Under the pieces are notes generated by a model, which saw only the letters and a list, made by a program, of their open reading frames with translations, made no database searches and was not told the origin of the DNA. From Eledone cirrhosa (Eukaryota): a stretch of 64,000 bases of DNA. The DNA lies in contig OZ024741.1 of the NCBI GenBank assembly GCA_964016885.1, positions 149,730,001 through 149,794,000 on the forward strand. The letters are read 5' to 3'. This document shows, one piece after another, positions 28,214-42,196 of the stretch (position 1 is the stretch's first letter; the number at the start of each line of letters is the position of its first letter). A program made the translations under genes and the position numbers.

Positions 28214-28577
28214 TGAATGAATATTACATAATTTATCTGCTAAATTTTGTAGCTTTTGATTCAATATATTTTATTGCTTATTTAAAGATTCACTTCTTTA
28301 AAATTTTCAAATGTCAACACTTCCGGTTAGCGATCGCTTAAATAAACATTTATATATTTCCGTCACTAATTTTCTCCTAATGCAGTTTATATATATCGTC
28401 TTTTTTAAATGATTACATAAGACAGTGTAACGCAGTCTTCGTTCAATTTCTGTGTATATTGTCAATTACGTTATATTTGATGTATCATATCTATATGCAT
28501 ATATACTTACATAGACTATCAATATGCACACTACACATGATAGCAGAAAACCACCCGAAGGGTGGTTTTTATGCTAG
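28214..28577 (+). mobile_element. Helitron-like non-autonomous element (3' end)
   Basis: Perfect hairpin AAAACCACCC-GAA-GGGTGGTTTT followed by ATGCTAG|T. CpGs are retained and it abuts a truncated SINE B. Left end uncertain. Confidence 0.45.
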
Positions 28578-31518
28578 TACAGCTAATGTTAAATCTGATT
28601 CTCAATCTTCACAAGTCAATAAAAAAAAAAATACCAGTAAAATATTAAGGGCTGATTAAATTGCCAGTACTCCCACAAAAAGGTGTGACTTCAAAGTTAT
28701 AAACCACAGTTTGGGGTTAACACTTTTGATCTCAAACCACCTGAAACTGTGCCTAGTTCTATATTACAAACTGTTTATTTGTCAATATTTATGTTTATCT
28801 AAAAACCTTCCATCTAAATTGTTATTTTCAAAATGAACTGAAAATTAAAGTCAGAGTTTTTTCATTAGAAATATGGTAAGAAAAGGGTTAAAATCATTTT
28901 GCAATTAACTTTGTCTTTTGTAAAGTATTGTAGTCTAGCAGTTAACTGTTTCAATCAAAAGAGAAGTTGAAACAGCTGCTATGTATCTTAGTAAGAATCC
29001 CATGAATGAACTATATTAAATATCTTGCAACAACAGCAAAATGTGCGATCTGAGTGAAGAGGATGCTTAAAGAAGTCAGGGTGTCATGAGAAAAGAATGG
29101 GGGAGGAGGGCTGAAAGCAAAGGTTTGGAGGAAGGGTGCAGTGAAGAAGTTAGGTAAAAGTATCTGTAACAGTTTGAAGCCAGAGCATTTATAATTATGT
29201 TTTGTAACAGAGGGTAGGTAGGTAGTCAACTGAATCAATCCCAAACGTCGCTGCTACTCATTTTATCAAACTTGGAGGAACGAAAGTAACCATCCTGTCC
29301 CAGGAGTGGTGGGGAGGTGGGCAGACAGATAGACAACACAACATATGAAATTGGAAGAGTGAGACATAATATTTGATACCTCCAAATCACCTCCACTGTC
29401 ACCACCCAACTGAAGAAAAGAAGTTATCTAAATATCTGAAACTGCTTTCCTGATTATGCAGAGCACACTTGTACTATGGGGCTTATCTATTTAACTTAAA
29501 ATAATTTCAGCTACACTATTAGAACCATTTTCTGTAGAGTCTATCATGTGTAAACATCAATGTCTTTAATACTCTGTTTATCACTAGTTATGTAGTTAAG
29601 GAGTTCACTACAAAGCCATCTAGTTCCAGGCACTGACCTATTGTGCAGCACCTTGGGCAAATGACTACTATAGTGTTGGGTTGATCAATTCTTTATGAAT
29701 GAAATTTGCTAGACAGAAACAACAGAAGCCCATCATCTTTTGTGTGTGCGTCTTGTAGCTTAGTGATTTGAGAACAAGATTGATATGATTGACTAAATCC
29801 CCTTATGGTAGTGCCCCAGCATGGTCATAATCTAATGACTGAAGCAAGTAAAAGAGGAAGATATAAAAAGCATTGATAAGAAGAGATGTGTCAAGTTACA
29901 CAAAGTAAAGAGCTAAGAATGTATGTCATATTACAAATCAAACTCAGCATACAGCTGTAAGTAGTGTACCACAGCAGAACTGAGAATTGTTTCAATAGCT
30001 AACACTGACGACTCAGAGGTCAACATTGGTGAGTGGTACACTTGTATGTACAACTAAAGTGGAAGCGATTATCATAATCACATATACATGTATATAAATA
30101 GTGCTGGTGCTATAATAAAATGTATTTTGCCAACATTATAAAGCGATAGTGCTAGTGACGTGATAAAAGCACCCAGTCCACCCTGTTTGGTAATAGTGGC
30201 AGTGCCTTAAAAAAAAAAAAAACGTGGTGCACACAGTGAAATGGTTAGCATTAGGTAGGGCACTCCACCATAGAAACCATGACAAAATGGAATGTATGAG
30301 CAAGACAGTCATTCTAACATATGCAAACATGAAAACTGGATGTCAAACAGTGATGATGATGATAATGTTCTTAAACGTTTATTGTTATCAAAATGAGTGT
30401 TACAAACACACTCAAGAAATTGTTATATCCTATCCTCCATTTAATATTATCAGTCTAAAAAGCAATGTTCCCTCCCTTGACTGATCAAAATAAGTAGCTT
30501 CAACTCTATCCTAACGGTGTGAAAATTAAGATAATATAAGGCTCATCACTCAACTATTACATATTTTTATATAACAGATGCTTTATTTCTTGCAATTTTA
30601 CATGGGATAGATTGGTCTGTAAATCTTAATGTTTACACAAATAATTGAGCAGGTATTCTGCAGAGTCCCTTTGTCATATAATGTATGTATGTATGTAATT
30701 TCTGAGAGTTGTGGCAATGTAATAAAATAATTGCTTTAGGCATTTTAAAACTGGTGGAGCCCATCGCCTCACCAGTTATGAACAGAGCAAATTTCTTTCA
30801 GAGGAGCCAAGAGAAAGTGAAAAAGTGATATAGAGGAAGAATTGACTCAACATCAACCTCAACAGAATTTGAATTCAGAGCACAAATGGCTGGAACAAAT
30901 ACTGTGAAGCCTTCTATCCAGCAAACAACTCTGCTGATTTGCTGCCTTTCATGTAATATCCAGATACAATTGTTCAGGATATCAGAATGAGAAGACAGAG
31001 AAATAAAAGTTACAATAAACAAAGTTTCTCAGCAGTTTCGTCATTACCTTACAGAAAACTTTATTGAAAAATTCCATGTGTGTGTGTGAAAGAGCAGACT
31101 CTTCAGTCACATCACCAACATGACAACCTCTCCAATGCTGGCACTCAGTACATTTTGTGAAATGGTTGGCATTAGGAAGAGCATCTAGCAGTATGAAGTA
31201 TATGTAAGCAAGACATGTCATCTCCACCCTCATCCTCCTGTCCAAGACGGCAGAAACTCTAACCCATACAAGCATGGAAAAGCAGCAATTGATGATTACA
31301 CACCCACACACATCATGTGTGACACAGAAATTAGATTACTGTGTAAACAACCACATTAACCAGCTGCCCAAACATGTATTGACAATCCAGTCAGTGTCTT
31401 TTGTATCATCACAATTACTGAATGACAACTATCTGCTTTCTCTTAACACAACACTAACAAGAAAACTAATAACTAGCAGATTTAAGAAAAGCAAAACGCA
31501 TTAGTTTCAAAACACATT

Positions 31519-31641
<123 letters not shown>

Positions 31642-32801
31642 GGGAAGCGAAATCTATTATTGTCTTTGTTCCTATAGCCCATGTGTAATGAATGCCTCAT
31701 TAACTGCCCAGCCCTAGTAATTTCAGGGAAAAAAACGAGAGTTTTCATATTGAAGCTTCTTCCAAAGACATCAAATGAAGTGAAACACCAACAACTGAGA
31801 TTTAAACCTGGGTCGATCAGTTCACACAATCCATTGATAAGACTTTCATACAGCACATTTTATTGTTGGTCATTGTTGTTTAGCCCCAGGTCATCTCACA
31901 TTCAGGAAATCTATAATAATAAAAAACATTCCAGCTGTGTCCCTTTTATGAAAAAAAGGCAAAGTACAATTTGAGGGTGATTTAGCTACTAATTCTAGCA
32001 AACTGAGGTAACCACATAGAGGCTCTCTCAAGGTTGCTGGTACAGTTTACATATTTATCAGTTTAGCTGGTCTACCACGAGGATTGCCTGCCTCTCAGAG
32101 GTTTCTTGAGCGTTTTAATGATAAGAATCCCAGTCCCATCATAAGCTCTCTTATTGGCCCACAGCATTTCTTACCAATGGAGGGAAATGTGCTTTGTAAT
32201 AGCATATACACACAAACTACCAACCCTTGGCAGTAGAAAAACAATCAGGTTGGTGAAATTAGGGTTTTACATTTACAATCCAGAATAAAAATCATTCGCC
32301 TGTCAACAAATACAAAAATCTATTAAACCAACAACAGGGCTTTTAAACCAGTCACTTGAGATATATCCAAAGTAAACCGCCCATTTGATATAGTAGCTCT
32401 ATATACATACTGTGTCCAAAAGAAAAAGTCAAGACAGTCACAACTAGAGTGCTTTTAAACATAGGTCTGCTCATTTGGGACTGACCTATAACTAAACAAC
32501 AGACTAAGGGATTGAAAGGGAGTAGTAAATAGTAACATAACTAGATAACAACAGCCTATAGTTTGGGGAACAAAAGAGAAGAAGGATATGGAGAGCTCAG
32601 CAGCCTATTGGTTGGGGAACTGAAATGAGGGAGGTGGGGTAGGAAATGTTGACCTATAGTTAAACAATAATTGCCTTTTGGTTAGAGGGACTGAAAAAGT
32701 GTGAGAAATGAGGACCTCTAACTAAAACAACAGCGGCTTATTGGCTGGGGGACTGAAGGGAGGTAGGAAATAGTGCCTAATTAGTGAACACACTTACTTA
32801 C

Positions 32802-32825
32802 CTGCTCGTCTAAACGACGCTGCAT
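32802..32825 (-). CDS. SIN3A: Sin3A-like, first coding exon (MQRRLDEQ); the exon extends as 5' UTR to 32895
   Basis: Minus strand reads ATG CAG CGT CGT TTA GAC GAG CAG|GTAAGT, resembling the vertebrate SIN3A start MKRRLDDQ. Acceptor TTTTCAG ends at 32896. Phase 0 matches the next exon. Confidence 0.8.
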
Positions 32826-33108
32826 TGTCCAGCAAAACACAACTCTCTAAGCTTGTCACCAGACACTGCTGTATTTTGTAACCATCCAAAAAATACTGAA
32901 AACAGATAAAACCAAATTTCAGAAAATACCAGTGAAGCCATCTAGTAGTAGTTGCCCACCATTTCACTACCAAGGACCCCATATATTTAAATGAATTTTC
33001 TCTGCAGAACATCCACCTCTATAATCACTCCCTTCAAGATTGTTATATGGCTAGATTAACAATCAAAAAGTAGAAATGATCATACAATAGTATATATATG
33101 TATATATC

Positions 33109-33282
33109 CTTTGGGAGCCCCTACATGGACACACTAGAAGAGGAAGACCAAGGTTAACGTATGTTGATGCCCTAAGGACAGACACTGGTCTGTTGGAGAC
33201 GCAGGACATGGCAGCGATAATGAGGGACAGAGACCGCTGGAGAGAACTCGTCCATGGATCTCGGGAATTTTACCCGCCTTAG
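33109..33282 (+). mobile_element. 3' end of an RTE-like LINE inserted in (TA)n
   Basis: Open frame LWEPLHGHTRRGRPRLTYVDALRTDTG...MRDRDRWRELV...stop, flanked by TA-rich tracts. Confidence 0.8.
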
Positions 33283-33320
33283 ATAGATGTATATATATAT
33301 ATATATATAACAAAGTACCA

Positions 33321-33466
33321 TAAAAAGTTGAATATAAGTAACCAGATAGCTGGCTTCAATATTAAGTCCAGCTCAATTCACAAATTTTCACTTAAAAAGT
33401 TGAATATAAGTAACCAGATAGCTGGCTTCAATATTAAGTCCAGCTCAATTCACAAATTTTGACTTA
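33321..33466 (+). repeat. 72-bp tandem duplication
   Basis: TAAAAAGTTGAATATAAGTAACCAG...CAAATTTT(C/G)ACT occurs twice, with one mismatch. Confidence 0.95.
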
Positions 33467-35080
33467 ACGTTAAGTTATTTATTTTAAAAACACACACACA
33501 AACAAACAAAGATAAGATTAGGGAGTATATTCCAGTGAGGAAAAAAAAAATCATAAAAAAATCTTTATCACATTCTTTAAATTGCCAAACCTGTTCACCT
33601 GTTATGCTGTCATTGTGAAGGTTTTCCTCTTTTAAGTCCTCTGATACTTGGTTATCAGGCTCTTGCAACAGGATATCTTGTTTTTTTTCTATGACATTGC
33701 TGTTTATCCAACAATTCTTTAAAATATTTCACCTTAACACTGTTGATTTTGTTCCAAGTAACCACTACCCATGCAACTGTCCCTAGGCTGAACCTCACAA
33801 AGTTGCTCACATCGGTTACTGCAGTGTGTCCTTTAGCAAACTAGTCCCTATTTCTCACAGAAACAGTCTTTGAATGGCTTGAGAGAAACATCTAGGGAAT
33901 GGATTATGTCAGTGTTGTGTACTATTCTTAACATCTTCCATGAAATGTGCATGGAAAGAGTTACACCAATACATACATAAACATTCTTATTCACCCATTT
34001 AGAAACCCTTTCTTTATCTTTAAAACTCAGCATTGGCTCTAATATAATTCTATTAACACACACACACACACAGTAAAACAATTCCTTTCACTTCCTGTTA
34101 TAATCATGACACTTTTGCTACAAGTGAAATGTAGCATTCTGTTGTTAAGATAAAAAAAAAATACAGATGTCTCATCCATGTTGGCAATGCAAGAGACATA
34201 GTTGTTCGTCTTTCTCAGTTTTATCAGATGGGAAAATGGGTTATTTTGTTTAGTTGGGCAGGAAGCTTCTGGTTGATTTCAGTGCACATTTATAGAGATA
34301 GGCTATGACAATTCATGAAGTTTGTGCACCACCCAGTAGAAGCTTTAAAGTTTTCCTATTTCTTTTTATTAATATATTACAGAATTGGAAATTGTTAAAC
34401 TGTTTCAAGATTGATGTCACTATACAATATGATACAAATGCATAAACAAGTGCTGTAATGGTTTGTAACGATAGTAAACTTTTAGGAAGCTAAATAATTA
34501 ATAAATTTATTTAATCTGAAAATTAATGCAAAAGCCTCTCAATTTGGCTGTCATTTTTCTAAGCATCATTTTAGCTTACTTGTAATTAAAATGATACTTT
34601 AAAAAAATGACAGACAAGCAATAATATCGTGTGTTGGTCTGGAGATTCGATACCCAGATATTTGATTTCTCAGATAAAAAATTTACATTTTTCTCTGCTA
34701 AGAGTAAATTATTTGGTTTTCAATATTGACAGTACTTGCAGTTTATTAGAAACTGATACTGTCAAAATGTTACTGGTACACCTTTTCTATTTCATATGTC
34801 TAGGTTTTAATGTTGTTAGAACATAACCGATGGAAATAAAATCTATAGCTGAATACTCCAATTGGAGGTAGAATTTTAACATCATTTACATGAACTTAAA
34901 CTTAAACTTGTTAATTTTGGAGTGCTTTTTAGGTGTTTACAGTATTTGAAATTTTGCACTCAGATCATCACCCCCACCCCCCCAAAAGGACACTATGGCA
35001 CTTAACTGAAACACTATCAACAGGGGCGCTGTTGATAGACTGTTGAGGAGAAAAGGAAGAGACCAGCAATTATGGGTTAA

Positions 35081-35291
35081 CCCTTTAGCATTTAAACCAG
35101 CCAGCGTTCTCTCACCTCTTTCTGTTCAAACCAGCCGTAACCAGCTGCTCATACCAATGTTAAGGTATTGTTTTCAAAATAAATAGCATCAAAATCTTGT
35201 AGCTTCAATATTATGGGAGATAATTATGTAAGATAAAGCCTTTACCATGAAAATACAATAGTATATATAGAATAATGTAAATTCTAAAGGG
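35081..35291. mobile_element. piggyBac-like MITE with TTAA TSD
   Basis: TTAA|CCCTTTAGCATTTA ... TAAATTCTAAAGGG|TTAA; 14-bp TIR with one mismatch. Confidence 0.8.
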
Positions 35292-37851
35292 TTAAAAAGT
35301 AGTGCATTAAGATATCTCCCAGACTGGAGACCTAGCCGAAATGCTGACAATAAAATGGATTCTCACTAAAAACAACCCAAAAGGCATGTAGTTAATCCTT
35401 CTGTTACTATATTTCAAATATTTTTAAATTATGAAGAAATTGAAAGGATTTAGTAAAATAATTTAGTAAAATAATTTCATTAAGCTGGTGTTAGAAACAT
35501 AAGTTTTTGACATAAAATTACAATGGAAGTTTTTTTGTTTTTTTTTAGATAAATATAAACACTTTAAACAAATAGCTTTGTATCATAGAACTAAAAATGA
35601 TGATGATTTGGTATCAAAAGTGTTATATCAGGTGATGATTAAACTAACAAATTCCAGATTCTCAAAGTTTGAGCTAACCAGAATTTATAATAAGACAGTA
35701 ACCTAAGATTAGATGAAGTGGGATCAAACCAGGAACCACATAATTGAGAAGCAAGAATCTTAAATCTTAAATCTTTTGATACCAAACTGCCAAAAACCAT
35801 CTCGTGTTTTACGATAAAAACTATTTATTCAAAGTGCTTAAATTTATCTAAACCTCAAATCATAATTTTATGATTTGAAAATCATAGGTAGTGTCTTTTA
35901 TGAGAAATATAGTAATAAGAGATTAACCACAGAAACATGCCCATATCTAAAGATTGAATCTTAAATAAGTCGGCTAACTACATACATGAGGGAATAATTG
36001 AGTCACATTTTATCAGCTTAGAAAATACCCCAAGCCATGACCCAATTATTGTGTTTACAGCAGGAAACAGAACAGCTTCCAAACAAATTAGAATTCTGTA
36101 AAATTATTATTGTTTAATGCATTACTATAACACATTGACAATCAGTTCCAACATAAAACATGAAGGTTTGATGTTCAAAAACTAGTTTTATTACTGGTAA
36201 CTAAAGGAAAATTTTATTTAATTTTAAAACAAATACATTTGAAACAGGTTAGAAACATGTAAGAAGTGGTGTGGGACATATTGGCAAATATAAAAGTTTC
36301 AATGAAGAAGGAAGATTAAAGTCTTAGTAAGGTTGGAGTCAAGAACATTAGTTTAAAATCAAATCAACACAGAATCTTTTAAAAGAAAAAAAGTTTAAAA
36401 GGATCTAGGAAGATTTATGTGGCCCAAGTCACTTTAATCTCCAGCAATATCTTCACACTCAACAGCTAAAAAAATTTTTATTTTATGATATTTGTTGTAA
36501 GAAGTCACCTCTAACCATGCAACCCTACACTCAAGGTTACAAATATTGCATATATAGGTTGTCACTGTTATTGAGGTCAAGTGATCCTACTATATACACT
36601 ACAAGCAGTAGTATGCATTACAGTGATCCTATTATATATACATCACTACAAACAGTAGTATGTAGTATAGGGACTCTACTATACATACATCACCAGAAGT
36701 ACTTGTATGAAGTAGGACAGCTATATAATGAAAATATAAATGAAATGAAATTTACAGCTCACACCAATGCATATTTAGCTGGTCTCCTATAAGGCTGTTG
36801 CTCATGATAGCCCCCCCCCCCTCCTCATGAAAAGACTACCCCCACTGGACCAGATACCAGCTACTTCTGGTACTAATTCATTTTTCCAGGACATAACATG
36901 CCAGGAATCAAACACAACATTATCATCCTGAGTCTAACAGCCTAACCACTAGGACATGCAGTTTACCTACTTGAGACCCTTAGTGTAATGGTTGATATTC
37001 CTCTTGTTTAAGAGGTAACATTCCATATCTTTTAAGCTACAGAGGGCCATATGTGTTGCTTGGCTTACTAGATATATCAGTCAAACTTTCCTTAATACAG
37101 AAATCCCCAAAGTGGCCAGTGGGGTTACTGGAGGGGGAGGGGGTAAACATTTGTTAGTTATATATAATTGCTTTTATTGTCTATTTTATATTGTTTACTG
37201 ATTTATATATTTATTTATTTTTGTACATGCCTTGTATCAATAAGAGGATCAAGGATTCCATTCAGAGACTGATAGTCTAAAAAGTTTATCCCTACTCTAC
37301 TGTATGATAAAAGGACACATTGAATAACGTGCTCTCTACACTATGCTCAAACAAAAAAAACAAACAAAATGAGAGGTTCATGGCTGAAATATCTTTGACC
37401 ATAGTTTTGCTTGATCAAGGCCAACTTAAAGTTGAACAATAGTGAAATTGAACCACTAAAAAAAATATAAACAGAACAGTTTCTATGGAAGTATTGTGTG
37501 TTACAATAAATTAGCAATACACCTGAACATTGAAAATATTGCATTTATTCCAAACATCAGATGCCACTGTTGGGTCAATCTACCTGTTTTGGAAAATAGA
37601 TGGGATGGTTACATTTGGTTAACCTTTGATCAGGTCTGCTTGATCTGGACTGAGCCAGGCCTAAATATCAACAATATAAAAAAGGAAAAACTTTCTGCAT
37701 GCATCCATAACAAACACCCACTACTCCATATATATATATCATGAAGCCAAGTGATTTAATAAAAATGGGTATTAGGAATGTACTAAGTTGGGTGTGGGAT
37801 TCAGTAATATTCAGTGTTTTTCAAACGTTATACCAACTGCCATGAGTTCTA

Positions 37852-38080
37852 CTGGGTTGACCAAAAAGTTCATTCAGTTTTTTCAACACTAAACTTCAAG
37901 CACACTAATAAGTAGCTGAATTCAGCCTGTCCCTTGAGCATGTGCACGCGTTAGATACTTGACACTTTAATGTAGTGCAACAAAAACTTGCGATGAGATA
38001 GGTTTTATTTTGTGTGATTAGTTTCATCCTGAAAACGGAGAACCAAAGCAAACATTATTGACACCTCATGTTTTAGAAAA
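37852..38080 (+). mobile_element. Left-end fragment of a second mariner family
   Basis: TA|CTGGGTTGACCAAAAAGTTCATTCAG TIR-like start followed by a decayed (M)ENQ..H transposase start. Confidence 0.55.
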
Positions 38081-41000
38081 TGCTTCCTGAAATTCGCCAA
38101 CACTACACCTGATATTCCCCGTCCCTACACACACACACATGTATATCCCGACTCATACACTGTTCACTTTCCTGACATTTGAATATTATTCTATGTACTC
38201 TACATGCACCTTTGATGAGTTGTAGTGCACCTGAGCACTGTACACAATAATTTCATTATTATTATTATAATCAAGAATTTGAATGGATTTGGTAATATGA
38301 TTAACTTTTATATCTATATTATGTGTTTGTTAAATATAATATTTTGACAATTTTGCAATTTTGAAAAAAGTCGAGATTAGCAGGATTTGAACTCAGCACA
38401 GAAAGCTGGAATAAATACCACCAGATATTGTCCTGCACTATAATAAATTTGACCATTTGAATTTAAATAAAGAAAATAAACTTTTTTTGAATTAGATTTG
38501 AAATCATATTTTAAAAAATATGAAACTTCCACTAATTTTTATTTAATAAATTTTACTTCGTAGTTCAAATTCCAGCACCTACTACTACAACCATCATCAC
38601 CACTACTGAACTCAGTTACCGTTGGTTACCAAGCTAGCCAAAACTGGCTCTGGTTCTATGAAATACAGCCACCTGTTTTAAAGGTTTCCAATTTAAATTA
38701 AATCTTCCAACTTAATTTCAATACAAATCTTACATTAAGGTACTATCTTAGTAATGAAATGATTAATAATTTTAGCATATCGGTCAAAATTTTTCATTAA
38801 TTAATTAAGACAGAATGTATTTCATTAGAAATGTGGTTATGAAAGGGTTAAACAAAACAAGTTTTCCCCAAACAAAATATATATTAAGGAAAAACACCCC
38901 TCTACCCACAACATTAATGAGGCTGACATTTTAGTCACCAAATTAAATATGTAATATATGCAAGCCAAACGAATCTAATATGGTCGCTCGACATGCTAGA
39001 AACAGCAGTCAAATTTCTCAAATCACACACTACTACTTTAGTAACAAGAAGATATAGTCCTAGATATAATATACCCAATAAAAGAAAGACTAAAGGTGAT
39101 GGCTGGAACACTTTTTACACCATAAATCTGCTAGATTAAAGCTAACCTGGGGCTAAACAAAAGGTCAAATTAAACCTATCTGTATTAATAGTTAAATTTC
39201 CAATCAGAGCACAATACTGGAATCTATAAACAAAGCTTTGTATTGTCAAGTAGGAGGGAAGGGTTAACAAAATAAATCAATGGTAGCTCATTCTCTCTTT
39301 CTCTTTGTAACATTGACAACAATGACAATCATCATCACCAGCACCATGAAGAGATATCTAATGATGCTGCTGTTGCTGCTGGTAGTAGTTGTAATGTCAA
39401 AACAGATTTTTGAAGTTTAAATAGCAGAAAAAGGGGTTAGCCATGGTTGTGAGGTGGGGGAGTACTTGATGCTTGCAAGAAGACCACAGGGTGAGTCATG
39501 ACCAATAAAGAATGATAACGATGAAAGGAGGAGGAGAAGGAGGAGTACAATAGCTAGAACTGTTGCTATGGTGTTGGCCGTGGATGTGAATCAACTGGGA
39601 GAAGGAGGAGGAAGCATTAACACCTCAGATGACATCACTATGTCCCGCCACCACCTTCAATTCCAAGTGGAATCTGACATTCAACTAAAAAATAGTCAAC
39701 AAAATCACAAAAATAAAATTTTAGAAATAGTAACACAATAATTAACAGCAAACAATAACTGAAGCAGCTAGGGTATCTCCAGGTGGTTGCTCAACATGTA
39801 CTAGAAACAGCACCTAAATCTTCCCCAAATCATACTTTGCTGTCATAAAAAAAAAAGGAAACATTAGGCATGTAGTCTTGGATATATAACAATAACATTA
39901 TTGGTGGAGTGTCTTTGAACATAAATCTGTCAGCTCAATTAAGGCTGTCCTGATAGATTTAACACCAACCGATTCTTGGGTACCACAGCTGATTTCTTGC
40001 AGGGGAGGGAGAAATAGATGGGGCAGGGTGAGAAGAATATATAAAGAAAGTGCTGGCCCAAGAACTGGACTGGTAACTTTATCAACCTCGAAAGCATAAA
40101 GGGAAAATATGACCATGTCAGGGTTTGAACTCAGCCAGAACAAATACCATAAAGCACAGCATTTTATCTCATGTTCTAATGACTGCCAATATATATATAT
40201 ATTTACACACACACACACAAAAAAGAAGTCACACGCAGAGGAATATACCTAAGCAAGGTATGTAGTGGAATGAATCTCCATTTGTTTCAATGATGAATTT
40301 TCCATTTGTTCAACCAACAGAACCTGCTCCTGTAACTAATGTGGGTGTGGCTGAGTATTCCAGAGACACATGCAATCTTAATTTAATTCTTGGAGAGATT
40401 TGCCAGGATACTGTGACAATGACAATGCTGGCCCTTTCAATTACAAGCAGAATTAGACAGCTGTTGCATGCTGAGGCCAGACTGGTCAAGGTCAAGTGAC
40501 TAGGTCCTGCTCGTACACTTTGTTTTGGCTTGGTTTCTACAGCTGGATGCCCTTCCTAACACCAACCACATTACATGGTGGACTGGGTTTGTAGTGGCAC
40601 CAGCACTATACTTTCTCAATTAATTAAACATATACCAAACATCAATAAAATCCCCCCAAGCACCACCACCATCTCAACAAGTTTGTGAATATGTGCTAAC
40701 TGTAATTAAATGACAGGTACAAGGCAACTAATCAGAAAGGCAAGTGTTATATCATGTGATATAATCATGTTAATACATATACATACCTGGTGTAAACATG
40801 AAGTGCCTATTTTTTGCTTGGTAAGAATAATAATGATATCTAGCACAAGGCCAGTAATTTGGGAGGAGAGGAAAGTCGATTAAATTGACCCCAGTACGTT
40901 AGTGGTGCTTTATTTTGTCGACCCCGTAAGGATGAAAGGCAAAGTTAACCTCAGCAGGATTTGAACTCAGACCGTAACTCTATGCTGCAAAGCATGGTGT

Positions 41001-41084
41001 CCAACTCTACCGATACTGCTAAACCACCACGCTTGGTAAGAATAATAATGGATCAAATATTAACATGCTCCAAGTACCATACCA

Positions 41085-42190
41085 ATTTACTTCCCAAAAA
41101 TTTAACACAAATCTATGCTGAGGAAGAAGATCAAAGTGCTTCAGAACAATGTGGCATCCTTTGGCATGCTTCATTTGTCAAACACTTTGTCAAACACAAA
41201 GCTTGACCTGAAATCGCTTTAGTATTGTAGATCTTGAATTGTGCAGTTGCTGTCCCTTATCTGTGACTGCTTCCAGCACCCCAATACAAAACTGCCTGTT
41301 ATGAAGAAGCAGACGCCAGGACTGTGATCAATGTACATCCGCAAAAAGAAAAAAACTATCCAAGTGCGTCCCAGACACAGGTATCATCCTGGCAAACACA
41401 CTTTAGCTTGAATGCAATTCAAACTTTTGGCTGGCATTTGAGTGGCTGGGAAAAATTCCTCAACTTACCCGTGTGAGGGGGTCACCATCATGAGTATTAT
41501 CAGGCTACAATACAACCTCTGCCTTCAAGAGTAAGAAGTTATTTTGGTAAGCCTGGCTGGTTAACCTTTTTTTTTTTCCAGTTGCTGGATGTTGACAGTG
41601 ACCCTTTCACGAGGAGGCAGATTATTATCCTGTGTAATAAATTCAGCCCATTGCGCTCTGTTGATGAAGCAAGAAGGGAATCATCAATAAACAAACTGCC
41701 ACCCACTAGTGGTATGCTATTCCATCATGTATGGCATGTAGTGTATCGAACATACAATCTAAGTGACCAATGCACAAACACAGTTAGCGGTTTCTTCTGT
41801 AACGAATTTTATTTGGGTCAAGGTATTCAGGGTAAAAATTTCAAGTTTCCCAAGCATACAGGGAGTTGCCCAAATGTTCTAATAAAGGAGACTGTTCCAA
41901 CTACAAGTGTACCAAATCAAATGTGGACCACTCACCTCTCTATATGTGTAAATGTAATCCATAGAACATTGAAAACTGTGTGTTGGTAATAGAGACATAA
42001 AACAATACTATATACTCAGAAAGAAACTATGAATGTTGGTATAGAAGTATTTACTTGAAAATTAAATTCTGTCTGTAAAATTTAACTGTCTGGTTCTTCT
42101 AATAAATGGTCATTTTGTTTGGTGTTTATACAATTCCCAGGACTGGATAATAGCAATATTTTGTTATAGATGCTAAACACCTGATGTGAG
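41085..42190 (+). mobile_element. Decayed DNA transposon fragment with XPG-like nuclease motifs (AcademX-like, inference)
   Basis: Remnants EEEDQ (~HEEAD), PDT, SGYNTTSAF..KK..W.AW (~SGCDTTSAF) and KLPPTSGMLFHHV..VY (~LPPT..L..H..R..Y), plus a Cys-containing tail. Confidence 0.5.
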
Positions 42191-42196
42191 TTTATA

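Noticed and set aside
28318-28475. CpG cluster with ACTTCCGG (ETS-like) and an AGCGATCGCT palindrome as an alternative promoter
   Set aside because: It lies within a segment ending in a Helitron-like hairpin plus CTAG, so a young repeat explains the CpGs. There is no good downstream donor.
28547-28570. Hairpin plus T run resembling a rho-independent terminator
   Set aside because: The context is a eukaryotic intron; it fits a Helitron 3' hairpin.
32500-32790. Imperfect ~55-65 bp G-rich repeats just inside the intron after the start exon
   Set aside because: Too degenerate to assign a function; probably an old minisatellite.
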